Source: Bacteroidales bacterium (lineage in GTDB: Bacteria; Bacteroidota; Bacteroidia; Bacteroidales; WCHB1-69). From it: a stretch of DNA of 64,000 nucleotides. The stretch is from NCBI GenBank assembly GCA_028693085.1, contig JAQUWC010000002.1, positions 6,420 to 70,419 of the forward strand, in the 5' to 3' direction. The notes under the pieces were generated by a model. That model searched no databases. It was not told where the DNA came from and worked only from the letters and a program-made list of their open reading frames with translations. Positions 35,503 to 46,623 of the stretch are shown in pieces. Within the stretch, counting starts at the first letter, position 1; each line of letters starts with the position of its first letter. The position numbers and the translations under genes are program-made.

Positions 35503-36570
35503 TTATTGGCAAAACACATCCAAATAGACCGGCAAATGATCCGAAAACCCCTGCTGAAATTTCATGCCATGATAGCTTCGATAGGGTTTCACTCCCATAT
35601 ATTTCTCATCCGTTTGAAGCAAAAAGGGGGCATCAAAAATTAGTGCTTTTCTTTTGATTTGCCATGCATTCTGCTTTGATAACATAGCAGACGAAACCAT
35701 AATTTGGTCGAATATACTCCAATGTTGAGCATATTTATGCGTACCTATATTATTTTGTGAAACATAAGGATACATCATATTTAACAATTCATTCGTCCTT
35801 AAAGAATCGGGATGAAAGCGTATTTTTAAATAGGTAGATACACTTTCATCGCGAGGTTCGTCGTTAAAATCGCCCATGACAACAATGGCCGCATGCGGAT
35901 TCATAAGCAAGATGGAGTTCAAATGTGAATACAATAATTTGGCTACATTTATTCTTTTTATTTGACTTTCTGCATACCCGGAATAACGGGAAGGCCAATG
36001 ATTCACAAACAAGTGTAAAGTATCCTTTCGTTTATGAGGCAACACTCCCTTGATGTATAGAATATCTCGTGTAGGTATCGGCCTTAAAAAAGTATCAACA
36101 ACGGCTATGGCTTGCGTATATACGATGTCGAACTTATCGGGACGATACAATAAAGCAACATCAATGCCTCTTTCATCTGGCGAATCGAAATGTATGTATG
36201 CATAGGTATAACTTGCTAAGGGAGAATCATACACTAACTTCTTGATTACATTTTCATTTTCTACTTCGCACACGCCTACTAATTCAGGCGCTTCCCACCC
36301 TCCCATGGCTAATATGACTTTTGCCAACTGAGCTATTTTGATATGTAACCTACTTTTATACCAACGCCTAATTCCATCGGGCGTAAACTCATCATCCATA
36401 GTTAAACTATCGTTCTCAGGATCAAACAAGTTTTCGAGATTATAAAAACACAAACGCAAGGTATTTTTGTTTCTTTCCCTGTCGTCGAAATCTGTTTGTG
36501 CCAAGGAAATGGGAAATACTATGGCAACAAGTACCGTAATTAATATGATTTGCAGTTTCTCCTTTTTCAT
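35503..36570 (-). CDS. Secreted endonuclease/exonuclease/phosphatase (EEP) family protein
   Basis: Signal peptide. LCFYNLENLFD at the start of the domain, and GDFND and SDHLPV at the end, are the EEP catalytic signatures. Confidence 0.8.
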   Translation of the reverse strand: MKKEKLQIILITVLVAIVFPISLAQTDFDDRERNKNTLRLCFYNLENLFDPENDSLTMDDEFTPDGIRRWYKSRLHIKIAQLAKVILAMGGWEAPELVGVCEVENENVIKKLVYDSPLASYTYAYIHFDSPDERGIDVALLYRPDKFDIVYTQAIAVVDTFLRPIPTRDILYIKGVLPHKRKDTLHLFVNHWPSRYSGYAESQIKRINVAKLLYSHLNSILLMNPHAAIVVMGDFNDEPRDESVSTYLKIRFHPDSLRTNELLNMMYPYVSQNNIGTHKYAQHWSIFDQIMVSSAMLSKQNAWQIKRKALIFDAPFLLQTDEKYMGVKPYRSYHGMKFQQGFSDHLPVYLDVFCQ

Positions 36571-36702
36571 GTTTTAAAATTTCAAAGTTTTGGCAAAAGT
36601 AGTCAATTTTTATTATTCGGAAAATCTCTATTTTGAAAATCTCCATAATCCGATAATGATAAAACGAATCTTCTATATGATCAGCAGCTTATAATTACTC
36701 TT

Positions 36703-39168
36703 TTAGTAGGGATCGACATCTATTTGAATACGTACCGATGTAAATACAGCCTTGTCTTTTATTTGCTTAATCATAGTTTTCGCTGTAAGTAATGATTTGG
36801 AAAGAGGAATTTTTATAATGATGTCCTTTTGATACAGATTTTTTATTTTAATGATAGGAGGGTATTCAGGACCAAGGACATGATTAGGAAATGTTTTTTT
36901 TAAATCTCCTGCCATTATGCCGGATAGTTTATCAAGCACAACTTGGTTTTTATGTTTTAAGGTAATTTTAATCAATCGACACAAAGGCGGATAATGAAAT
37001 TTGTTTCTTTCCTCTATGCTATTATAAAACAAGCTTTGATAGTCATTGCATAAAACAAGTTGAAAAATAGGATGGTTGGGATTAAACGTTTGGATGAGTA
37101 CATGTCCTTGTTTGTTTTTTCTTCCAGCTCTCCCACTAACTTGTGACAACATTTGAAAAGCCCGCTCAAAAGAACGGAAATCAGGATAATACAACATATT
37201 ATCAGCATTGAGAATACCTACTGTACTTACATTATCAAAATCTAATCCTTTGGTTACCATTTGTGTTCCAACCAAAATATCGATTTTTCGTCTTTCAAAA
37301 TCGGATATGATTTGTTGGTAAGCACTCTTACTGCGTGTACTATCGTAATCCAAACGTTTTATTTTAGCATTCGGGAAAAACATATATAGTTCTTCTTCTA
37401 CTTTTTCGGTACCTACCCCTCTCATTTCCATATGTGGGTTATGGCACATATCACAGGCATGGGGAACTGCCTCTTTGTAACCACAATAATGACATCGCAA
37501 TTCATTGTTTTGTTTATGATAAGTCAAAGTAACATCACAATGTTTACAGCTAGGGATATAATTACATAAACCGCATTCCAAATGCACGGAGAATCCTCTT
37601 CTATTTTGAAACAAGATAATTTGTTCATTCTTTTGCAATGCTTGGGTAATAGATTCCAATAATGATTTGGAATAGAGTGTATAGTTTTGTTTTTTTCGGT
37701 TTTCTTTTCGCAAATCGACAATTTTTATTTCCGGCAATTCAATTCCACCGTAACGTTGCAATAATTGCACTAAGCCGTATTTTTTCCTTACTGCATTAAA
37801 ATAGGTTTCTATGGCAGGAGTAGCCGAACCCAGTAAAGTTTTAGCTCCATGTAATTTAGCTAATACGATAGCCGTATCACGTGCTTGATAATGAGGAGCA
37901 GGTTCAAACTGTTTATAGGACATATCATGTTCTTCGTCAACGATAATCAAACCCAAATTATGAAAAGGAAGAAATAATGACGAGCGAGCTCCTATGATAA
38001 TTTGATAATCATTTGTATGCTTATCGCTGACATGATGCCAAATTTCAACCCTTTCGTAATCGTTAAATCGAGAGTGATACACTCCTACCTTATTGCCGAA
38101 ATAGGTTCGTAAGCGTTGAATGATTTGGGTTGTCAAGGCTATTTCCGGTAAAAGATAAAGAACTTGCTTACCTTCGTCGAGCGTTTCTTGAATTAATTTC
38201 ATATAAACTTCCGTTTTTCCACTTCCGGTAACGCCGTGAAATAAAACGGTATTGAAACTTTCAAATTGTTTTTTAATTTCTTGTAAAGCTGTTAATTGTA
38301 AGGGAGATAGGGTTAAATCGCTTAGCTGTTTTTCTGCTTCAAAAGTCTGTAAACGACTAACGACTTGGAAGTGCTTTTCTAAAATTTCCTTTTTAATTAA
38401 AGCTTGCAACTGATTATCAATCACTTTTCCGGATGACACTATTTCTGATTTCTTAACAAAGCCATCTTTTTTTTGCTTCACTAATGACAAAAAGTAAAGC
38501 AAAGCATCTGATTGTTTTTGAGTTTTTCTTGATTTTTCGAGCGTATCAAACACTTCCTGTAAGCTGTTTTTATCGTTTTTATATTTCTGTGTCAGACATA
38601 TAAAAGTTTCTGTTCGCGCTTTATATTTGGTGTCGATTTCTTCCGAGACATATATAATTTGCTTATCCATTAAGTTTTTAATATATGGCAAGATCTTAGT
38701 TTGTCCTGTAATCTTCTCAATTTGTTTGATGGTCAATCCCTGATTATCGACCAAAGATTCTACTACACGAATCTCTTTGTGTGAAAGATGAGAAATGTCA
38801 CCATCATAATCGGGATGTAAAGCGATGCGCGTTTCGCTTGCCAATTTGAAGGCTGATGGCAGAGCCACCGACATCACTTCTCCGTATGTACACAGATAAT
38901 AATCGGCTATCCAAATCCACAAAGCCAATTGTTTTTCATTGACTAAAGGGCACTCATCCAACACACTTAGTATACCTTTAGTCGTATAATTTGCCGGTTT
39001 ATGTTGATGTAGACTATATACAATGGCTGAATAAAATTTATGCCTACCAAATGGCACCAACACTCTTTTACCCACAGTCACTTCACTTTGCAAAGATGCA
39101 GGCACGGCATAAGTGAAAAAATTAGGTAATGGTAGTGGCAATAATACATTAATATATAATTCTTCCAT
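36703..39168 (-). CDS. priA: Primosomal protein N' (replication restart helicase PriA)
   Basis: Walker A HGVTGSGKTEVY, DEEHD, the zinc-binding Cys cluster CGLCNYIPSCKHCDVTLTYHK...LRCHYCGY...CDMC, and GTQMVTKGLDF. Confidence 0.9.
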   Translation of the reverse strand: MEELYINVLLPLPLPNFFTYAVPASLQSEVTVGKRVLVPFGRHKFYSAIVYSLHQHKPANYTTKGILSVLDECPLVNEKQLALWIWIADYYLCTYGEVMSVALPSAFKLASETRIALHPDYDGDISHLSHKEIRVVESLVDNQGLTIKQIEKITGQTKILPYIKNLMDKQIIYVSEEIDTKYKARTETFICLTQKYKNDKNSLQEVFDTLEKSRKTQKQSDALLYFLSLVKQKKDGFVKKSEIVSSGKVIDNQLQALIKKEILEKHFQVVSRLQTFEAEKQLSDLTLSPLQLTALQEIKKQFESFNTVLFHGVTGSGKTEVYMKLIQETLDEGKQVLYLLPEIALTTQIIQRLRTYFGNKVGVYHSRFNDYERVEIWHHVSDKHTNDYQIIIGARSSLFLPFHNLGLIIVDEEHDMSYKQFEPAPHYQARDTAIVLAKLHGAKTLLGSATPAIETYFNAVRKKYGLVQLLQRYGGIELPEIKIVDLRKENRKKQNYTLYSKSLLESITQALQKNEQIILFQNRRGFSVHLECGLCNYIPSCKHCDVTLTYHKQNNELRCHYCGYKEAVPHACDMCHNPHMEMRGVGTEKVEEELYMFFPNAKIKRLDYDSTRSKSAYQQIISDFERRKIDILVGTQMVTKGLDFDNVSTVGILNADNMLYYPDFRSFERAFQMLSQVSGRAGRKNKQGHVLIQTFNPNHPIFQLVLCNDYQSLFYNSIEERNKFHYPPLCRLIKITLKHKNQVVLDKLSGIMAGDLKKTFPNHVLGPEYPPIIKIKNLYQKDIIIKIPLSKSLLTAKTMIKQIKDKAVFTSVRIQIDVDPY

Positions 39169-39179
39169 TTGTATAATTT

Positions 39180-41174
39180 TTAGCGGTAGGTTACTCCCAA
39201 TACTTTTTCTATTTCACAAATGATGGTGTTTATTTCTGATATTTTCGACAGATACATCAATGATTCATCCTCACTGTTGGCTAATTTCAGCATTTTTTCA
39301 TAATTGCTCTTAATAGCGGTAAGTTTAATTAAGCGCAACATTTGTAAGGTGCGCACTACTTCCTCGTGCAACTTTTCAGCGTTATTATAAATGGTATTAA
39401 TAAAACTTTTTATTTTACTACTTTCCCATAACGGACTGGGAGTAGGATTGATTTCGACCAAAGAAAAGTAAAGTTTATTGATTTCCACATCGGGATTATG
39501 CTGCAATTTATTTGAAATATCAATTGGATTTTCCTCAATTAATTCAACATAAACATTGAAAAACTTTTGATATAAAGGAGTTTCAAAGCTTAATTCATCA
39601 CTTTTGAGGTTATCGAAGATAAATTGATCTACTCTGGTTTCTATTGTTTTTTCCTTTGACATCGAATCCTCATTGGGCAAATATAAGGATTGATTACCAT
39701 AATTTACCAACAAGGTTAAAATTCTCTTTTCTACATCAACAAGGCTTAAGGGTGTTGATTCAATGATCACTTGTTTTGTAGAATCTGGCTTACTTATTTC
39801 AGGTAGATTGTTTTGATCAATCGTTTGTTTTTCTTTCTCTTTTTTATAATTTTTTATTCTGATTTTATTGACGGCTCTATAAAGTATATTTTCTTCTATT
39901 TGCATCAAAGCACTGCATTGTTTTACGAAAATAGACACTTTTATGATGTCGGGAATCAAGGCGATATCGGCTGCAATTTGATTGATAAAATCAGCCCTTT
40001 TCACCGGGTCCTTTTCAACGTCTTTTAAAAGTAAACTTATTTTAAAGCCTAAAAAATCCTGTTCGTTTTCATGGAAATAATCTCTTATCGCATTCGTATC
40101 GTTTGAACGGGCAAAAGAATCGGGGTCATCGTCGGGAGGAAGGACAATGACACGAATATTTAAATTCTCTTTCAATAACATTCCTACAGCACGCAAGGCG
40201 GCATGTATTCCTGCTTTATCCCCATCATACACGATGCTAATATTATCTGTAAGTTTATTGAGGAGTTTGATTTGCCCGGTCGTTAAAGACGTTCCTGACG
40301 AAGCCACAACATTTTCTATCCCGGACTGATGCAAAGAAATTACATCGGTATAACCTTCCACTAAATAACATTTATCTTCTTTTTTTATAGCATTCTTAGC
40401 TTGAAAAATACCATATAACACATCGCTTTTATGGTAAATGGATGTCTCTGGTGAATTGATATACTTTGCGTTATGTTTATCTACATTTCCCAATATTCTT
40501 CCCCCAAAGGCAATGATTTTACCCGAAAAATTATGAATTGGGAATATGACTCGTTCGGTAAATCGGTCGAAGACATAGTCTCCTCCTTGATTTTCTTTCA
40601 CAATAATCAATCCGGCTTTTTCTAAATTTTCTTGGGTATATCCTTGTTTTAAAGCATGCTTATAGAGGGCATCCCGTTGTTTAAGGCTATACCCCAATGC
40701 AAATTTAGTCATGCTTTCTTCGCTAAAACCTCTTTCTTTGAAATAGGCTAACCCTATACTTTTTCCCTCTTCATGTTCATACAACATTTTCGAAAAAAAT
40801 TCACTGGCAAAAGCTGTAACAGCAAATAAGGATTCACGTTCGTTGATTCGTTGAATCTCTTCGGTGGTTTGTGCGGTTTCTTCTATTTGAATGTTATACT
40901 TTTTAGCCAAATAACGTATGGCTTCGACATAAGAATAGTGTTCATGTTTGATAATAAAGCCAACCGAATCGCCGGCTTCGCCACAACCAAAGCATTTAAA
41001 AATACCCTTTGCCGGACTTACGGTAAAAGAAGGTGTCTTTTCGGTATGAAAGGGACATAAGCCTATGTAATTCACCCCACGTTTTTGTAAACGCACAAAA
41101 TCGCCTACCACTTCTTCTATACGACAGGCTGTAAGAATTTCATCTATGCTTTCTCTTTTTATCATTGAATACAA
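39180..41174 (-). CDS. dnaG: DNA primase DnaG
   Basis: Zinc ribbon GLCPFHTEKTPSFTVSPAKGIFKCFGCG and a TOPRIM domain YLVEGYTDVISL...IVYDGDKAG. The start could be the second ATG at 41165. Confidence 0.9.
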   Translation of the reverse strand: MYSMIKRESIDEILTACRIEEVVGDFVRLQKRGVNYIGLCPFHTEKTPSFTVSPAKGIFKCFGCGEAGDSVGFIIKHEHYSYVEAIRYLAKKYNIQIEETAQTTEEIQRINERESLFAVTAFASEFFSKMLYEHEEGKSIGLAYFKERGFSEESMTKFALGYSLKQRDALYKHALKQGYTQENLEKAGLIIVKENQGGDYVFDRFTERVIFPIHNFSGKIIAFGGRILGNVDKHNAKYINSPETSIYHKSDVLYGIFQAKNAIKKEDKCYLVEGYTDVISLHQSGIENVVASSGTSLTTGQIKLLNKLTDNISIVYDGDKAGIHAALRAVGMLLKENLNIRVIVLPPDDDPDSFARSNDTNAIRDYFHENEQDFLGFKISLLLKDVEKDPVKRADFINQIAADIALIPDIIKVSIFVKQCSALMQIEENILYRAVNKIRIKNYKKEKEKQTIDQNNLPEISKPDSTKQVIIESTPLSLVDVEKRILTLLVNYGNQSLYLPNEDSMSKEKTIETRVDQFIFDNLKSDELSFETPLYQKFFNVYVELIEENPIDISNKLQHNPDVEINKLYFSLVEINPTPSPLWESSKIKSFINTIYNNAEKLHEEVVRTLQMLRLIKLTAIKSNYEKMLKLANSEDESLMYLSKISEINTIICEIEKVLGVTYR

Positions 41175-41225
41175 GGTGCGTTTTATGTCATCGGATAAGC
41201 GTGAGATTTGCTCATTCTATGTTTG

Positions 41226-41233
41226 CAAAACTA
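41226..41233 (-). promoter_or_regulatory. -7 promoter box (TAGTTTTG on the minus strand) for dnaG-priA
   Basis: TAnnTTTG match about 50 nt upstream of the dnaG start. Confidence 0.35.
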
Positions 41234-41359
41234 CAATTTTAACGTCTGTTTTTACCTTTTATTTCTATGTTTCGCATTCTTTTCGGTAATACTATGACAT
41301 TCACTTTTTGTATCCTTACAATTCTAAGAGCATTGAAAGGATGTAATCTATTTATAGAC

Positions 41360-41395
41360 AAAAAAAGTCTTTTGCTTCCAAAATATAACAAGACT
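41360..41395 (-). terminator. Weak terminator-like hairpin downstream of atpC
   Basis: On the minus strand, AGTCTT...AAGACT (6-bp stem, long loop, partly extendable) is followed by T7. It lies 30 nt after the atpC stop. Confidence 0.35.
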
Positions 41396-41424
41396 CCAAA
41401 GGACTAACAGCAAAAAATAGTCTT

Positions 41425-41663
41425 TTAGACTTTATCCGTTAAAATAACGATTTTATTTTTCAAGACTTCAACCACTCCCCCACATATGGGATAAAAACAT
41501 TCATTATTATTTTGAATAATTTTAGCCTTACCCTTTGCCAGTGTTGCAATGAGAGGAGCGTGATTCTTTAATATTTCGAATAATCCATCACTTCCCGGTA
41601 ATTGAATTAAGGAAACATCATCAAACACTTCTTGATTATTGGGTGTTATTATTTCTACTTTCA

Positions 41664-41664
<1 letters not shown>
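41425..41664 (-). CDS. atpC: F1 ATP synthase epsilon subunit (short form lacking the C-terminal helical hairpin)
   Basis: 79 aa, beta-sandwich domain only (LIQLPGSDGLFEILKNHAPLIA). It abuts atpD with a 1-nt overlap. Confidence 0.8.
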
Positions 41665-43223
<1,559 letters not shown>

Positions 43224-43463
43224 TTAAATTAAAGTTACAAAGAAACGAAATTTCCTTTTATAATTTAGATTTTTCTTATTTTTTTTTTAACAAATCATAG
43301 CGTATTCTCTATCTGTAATATAGAAAATATTAAGCCATATTCCTTAATTTATTTTTGTGTTTCATTAATCTTTTTCCACTCAACTTTGTTGTATTAAATG
43401 GCATAATTTTATAATATTTTGCCATGTTTTTGAATATTATTAAAATAAATATTAAAAAGACTC

Positions 43464-43493
43464 GTTTACTTTTGATAATTTAGTTTACTTTTG
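43464..43493 (+). repeat. Tandem direct repeat GTTTACTTTTG (x2, 19-bp period), each copy containing a TAnnTTTG -7 box, upstream of queA
   Basis: Identical 11-mers at 43464-43474 and 43483-43493. The queA ATG is at 43552. Confidence 0.4.
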
Positions 43494-43551
43494 CAAACTG
43501 CACGTAGTATATATTATTTGTTGATTTTAAGAATTTTACATCTTTCACATT

Positions 43552-44604
43552 ATGAAACTTTCGCAATTTAAATACTTTTTGCCACAAGATCTAATTGCTA
43601 GTTATCCCCAAGAAGACCGCAATGAAGCTCGATTAATGATTATTGATCGTAAAAAGAAAACGATCGAACATAAGGTTTTCAGAGATATCATTGATTATTT
43701 TGATGATGGTGATATTCTTGTCATCAACAACACCAAAGTATTTCCGGCTATACTCGAAGGAGAGAAAGAGAAAACACAAGCTAAGATCAATGTTTTCTTG
43801 TTAAGAGAGTTGGATATTGAAAGTAAATTGTGGGACGTTTTGGTAGATCCTGCTCGTAAAATCCGAATCGGCAATAAAATATATTTCGACAATGGAGAAT
43901 TAATTGCCGAAGTTATCGATAATACAACCTCTCGTGGCCGAACATTACGTTTTTTATTCGATGGTACACATGAGGAATTTAAAAAGAAACTCTTTTCCTT
44001 AGGTCGTATGCCTATCCCCGAACCCATTCAACAACTTAGGGATATATCTGAAGAAGATGAGCAATATTATCAAACCATCTATGCCAAAGCAGAAGGTGCC
44101 GTAGTTGCTCCTGCAGCCGGCTTCCATCTCAGCAGAGAAATGATTAAAATGCTCGAATTAAAAGGCATTCTTTTCTCTGAAATCACTTTACACGCCGGAA
44201 TTGGTAATTTTAAAACCATAGATGTAGAAGATTTGGCAAAGCACAAAACCGATTCCGAAGAAATGGAAATTACCGAATCAACTGCCGAAGTTATCAACGA
44301 AGCTAAACGGAATAACAAAAGCATATGTGCCGTAGGGACAACGAGTTTAAAAGCCTTGGAATCGTCCGTCTATATTTCGGGATTAATTAAACCTTTCCAA
44401 GGATGGACTAATAAATTTATCTTTCCACCCTATGATTTTATATCGGCCAACAAATTAATTACTAATTTTCATCCTTCTCAATCGTCTATGTTGATGTTAG
44501 TTTGTGCTTTCGGGGGTTATGATTTAATTATGAAAGCCTACAAAGAAGCCATTAACGAAAGATATCGTTTCCTTACTTACGGCGATGCTATGTTAATAAT
44601 ATAA
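43552..44604 (+). CDS. queA: S-adenosylmethionine:tRNA ribosyltransferase-isomerase
   Basis: [38 protein letters not shown] and [11 protein letters not shown] motifs. Confidence 0.9.
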   Translation: MKLSQFKYFLPQDLIASYPQEDRNEARLMIIDRKKKTIEHKVFRDIIDYFDDGDILVINNTKVFPAILEGEKEKTQAKINVFLLRELDIESKLWDVLVDPARKIRIGNKIYFDNGELIAEVIDNTTSRGRTLRFLFDGTHEEFKKKLFSLGRMPIPEPIQQLRDISEEDEQYYQTIYAKAEGAVVAPAAGFHLSREMIKMLELKGILFSEITLHAGIGNFKTIDVEDLAKHKTDSEEMEITESTAEVINEAKRNNKSICAVGTTSLKALESSVYISGLIKPFQGWTNKFIFPPYDFISANKLITNFHPSQSSMLMLVCAFGGYDLIMKAYKEAINERYRFLTYGDAMLII

Positions 44605-44614
44605 TGATAACATT

Positions 44615-45355
44615 TTGAATACGCTGATACTTGATTTCGGAAATACGCATCAAAAGGCAGCCATTGTTGACAATGGAAAGATTATTTTTTTTTCCAAATA
44701 TTCATCTTTCGACCTTAAAACGCTTTCTAAAATAGAAGATGAATATGATTTCGAGAGAGTGATTCTATCATCTGTTATCAAAGAAGACACTCTATTAGAT
44801 ACCTATTTACACTATAACTATTATTTTTTAAAGTTGTCTGAAGACACTCCTTTACCTATCCGTAATCGATACAACACTCCTCATACATTGGGATACGACC
44901 GCATTGCCTGTGCGGTAGCGGCAAATCACTTATTTACAAAAAAAAACGTATTGAGTATTCAGATGGGGACGTGCATTACGTATGACTTTATTAACGCTAA
45001 GAATGAATATGTAGGAGGAAGTATTTCTCCGGGTCTTCAAATGAGATACGATGCTTTAAATCATTACACCCAACAATTACCTTTGCTTACTTACCAAGTT
45101 ATTGATTATTTAAGTGGGACTACGACAGAGACTTGTATACATTCAGGCGTAATCAATGGCATTATTAATGAATGTAAGGGAATTATCCATGCATATCGTA
45201 CACAATACCCCGACATTGAAATCATCCTAACGGGAGGTGACATGCCTTATTTTGAAAAAAAACTTATCGATGAAATAAACACCTATCCTAATTTAGTTAT
45301 CTTAGGATTATCATTAATACTAAACTATAATGCTCAATATAAAAATCAACATTAG
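44615..45355 (+). CDS. coaX: Type III pantothenate kinase
   Basis: LDFGNTHQK N-terminal phosphate-1 motif, GYDRIA and GGDMPYF. Apparent TTG start. Confidence 0.85.
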   Translation: MNTLILDFGNTHQKAAIVDNGKIIFFSKYSSFDLKTLSKIEDEYDFERVILSSVIKEDTLLDTYLHYNYYFLKLSEDTPLPIRNRYNTPHTLGYDRIACAVAANHLFTKKNVLSIQMGTCITYDFINAKNEYVGGSISPGLQMRYDALNHYTQQLPLLTYQVIDYLSGTTTETCIHSGVINGIINECKGIIHAYRTQYPDIEIILTGGDMPYFEKKLIDEINTYPNLVILGLSLILNYNAQYKNQH

Positions 45356-46601
45356 CCTTCTACTCACTCTTTTCAGTTTGAGTATGATAGAAGTAACGGC
45401 TCAAAATCATTTAAGTTCTCCTTATTCCCGTTTTGGAATGGGAGAAATGAATAAACGCATGTCGTCGATGAATGCTTCCATGGGAGGAGTCTCTTATGCA
45501 TTTCATAGTCCGACGACGATAAATTTTACTAATCCGGCATCCTATGCTGCTTTCGATTCATTATCCAGTATCATTGATGCCACTTTCTCCTATAAATACC
45601 ACAGCTTGCAAGAATCAACTCGTAAACAAAGCGGATCTACCATTAATTTTGATTACTTATCCTTAGGGTTTTCTCTGGGCTCATTTTGGAAAACGGCCAT
45701 AGGATTTCAACCGTATAGCTTTATCAATTACACCATAAATCAATACACTCCATTCAATGATACGGCTGAAATTAAAAATGCTTTTAATGGAACCGGAGGA
45801 ATTTATGAATTGTATTGGGGAAATGCTTTTAAAATAGGGAAAAACCTTTCCTTTGGATTAAATGCTTCTTATCTATTTGGTTATTATAACAAATATCAAG
45901 CTGTAGAATTTCCGGACAATCAATTTTTGAACTTTAAAAAAGACAATGAATTTCAAATCAACGGAGCATTATTCTCTTTAGGCGCACAATATTTTATTCC
46001 TATAAAAGAAACTTTTCTTGGATTAGGTATTGTATATACTCCTTCCATTCCTACGCTTTATGCAAAAAAGACACAATATCTCTTAACCTATCAAAACACT
46101 TCTTACAATGAAACAATCGTTGATTCCTTGTATTGGAAAGGCACTAAAAACATTGCCATAAGCCTACCGCAAACTCTGGGAGGAGGCGTTTCATGGTCGT
46201 CCGAAAAATATTTTCTAGGATTTGACTTTACATGGACGGATTGGAGTCAATTCGAAATGGAAGAATCGCTTGATACATTAAACGATGCCTATAAGTTTTC
46301 TTTAGGTGGAAGTTTCACTCCCAATCTGACGAGTGCTAAGTATATTTCGAAAATTACTTACAGCGCCGGATATTTTTATGAATTCACATCACTATATCTG
46401 AAAGATAGACAAATTAATAAATTTGGCATAAATTTTGGCTTTTCTTTTCCCATGAAAAAAAGTAAAACACGCTTTAACATACATTTTGAATATGGACAGT
46501 GGGGTACATTACAGAACAAATTATTACAAGAACGCTATTTGTTAGTTTCATTCAATCTTGCATTGCATGAAAAATGGTATCAAAGAAGAATATTAGATTA
46601 A
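45330..46601 (+). CDS. Uncharacterised outer-membrane beta-barrel protein
   Basis: Signal peptide (SMIEVTAQ), N-terminal SPYSRFGMGE motif and alternating beta-strand pattern. Overlaps coaX by 26 nt. Confidence 0.5.
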   Translation: MLNIKINISLLLTLFSLSMIEVTAQNHLSSPYSRFGMGEMNKRMSSMNASMGGVSYAFHSPTTINFTNPASYAAFDSLSSIIDATFSYKYHSLQESTRKQSGSTINFDYLSLGFSLGSFWKTAIGFQPYSFINYTINQYTPFNDTAEIKNAFNGTGGIYELYWGNAFKIGKNLSFGLNASYLFGYYNKYQAVEFPDNQFLNFKKDNEFQINGALFSLGAQYFIPIKETFLGLGIVYTPSIPTLYAKKTQYLLTYQNTSYNETIVDSLYWKGTKNIAISLPQTLGGGVSWSSEKYFLGFDFTWTDWSQFEMEESLDTLNDAYKFSLGGSFTPNLTSAKYISKITYSAGYFYEFTSLYLKDRQINKFGINFGFSFPMKKSKTRFNIHFEYGQWGTLQNKLLQERYLLVSFNLALHEKWYQRRILD

Positions 46602-46623
46602 TAAAATAAAAAGTATTTAACAG

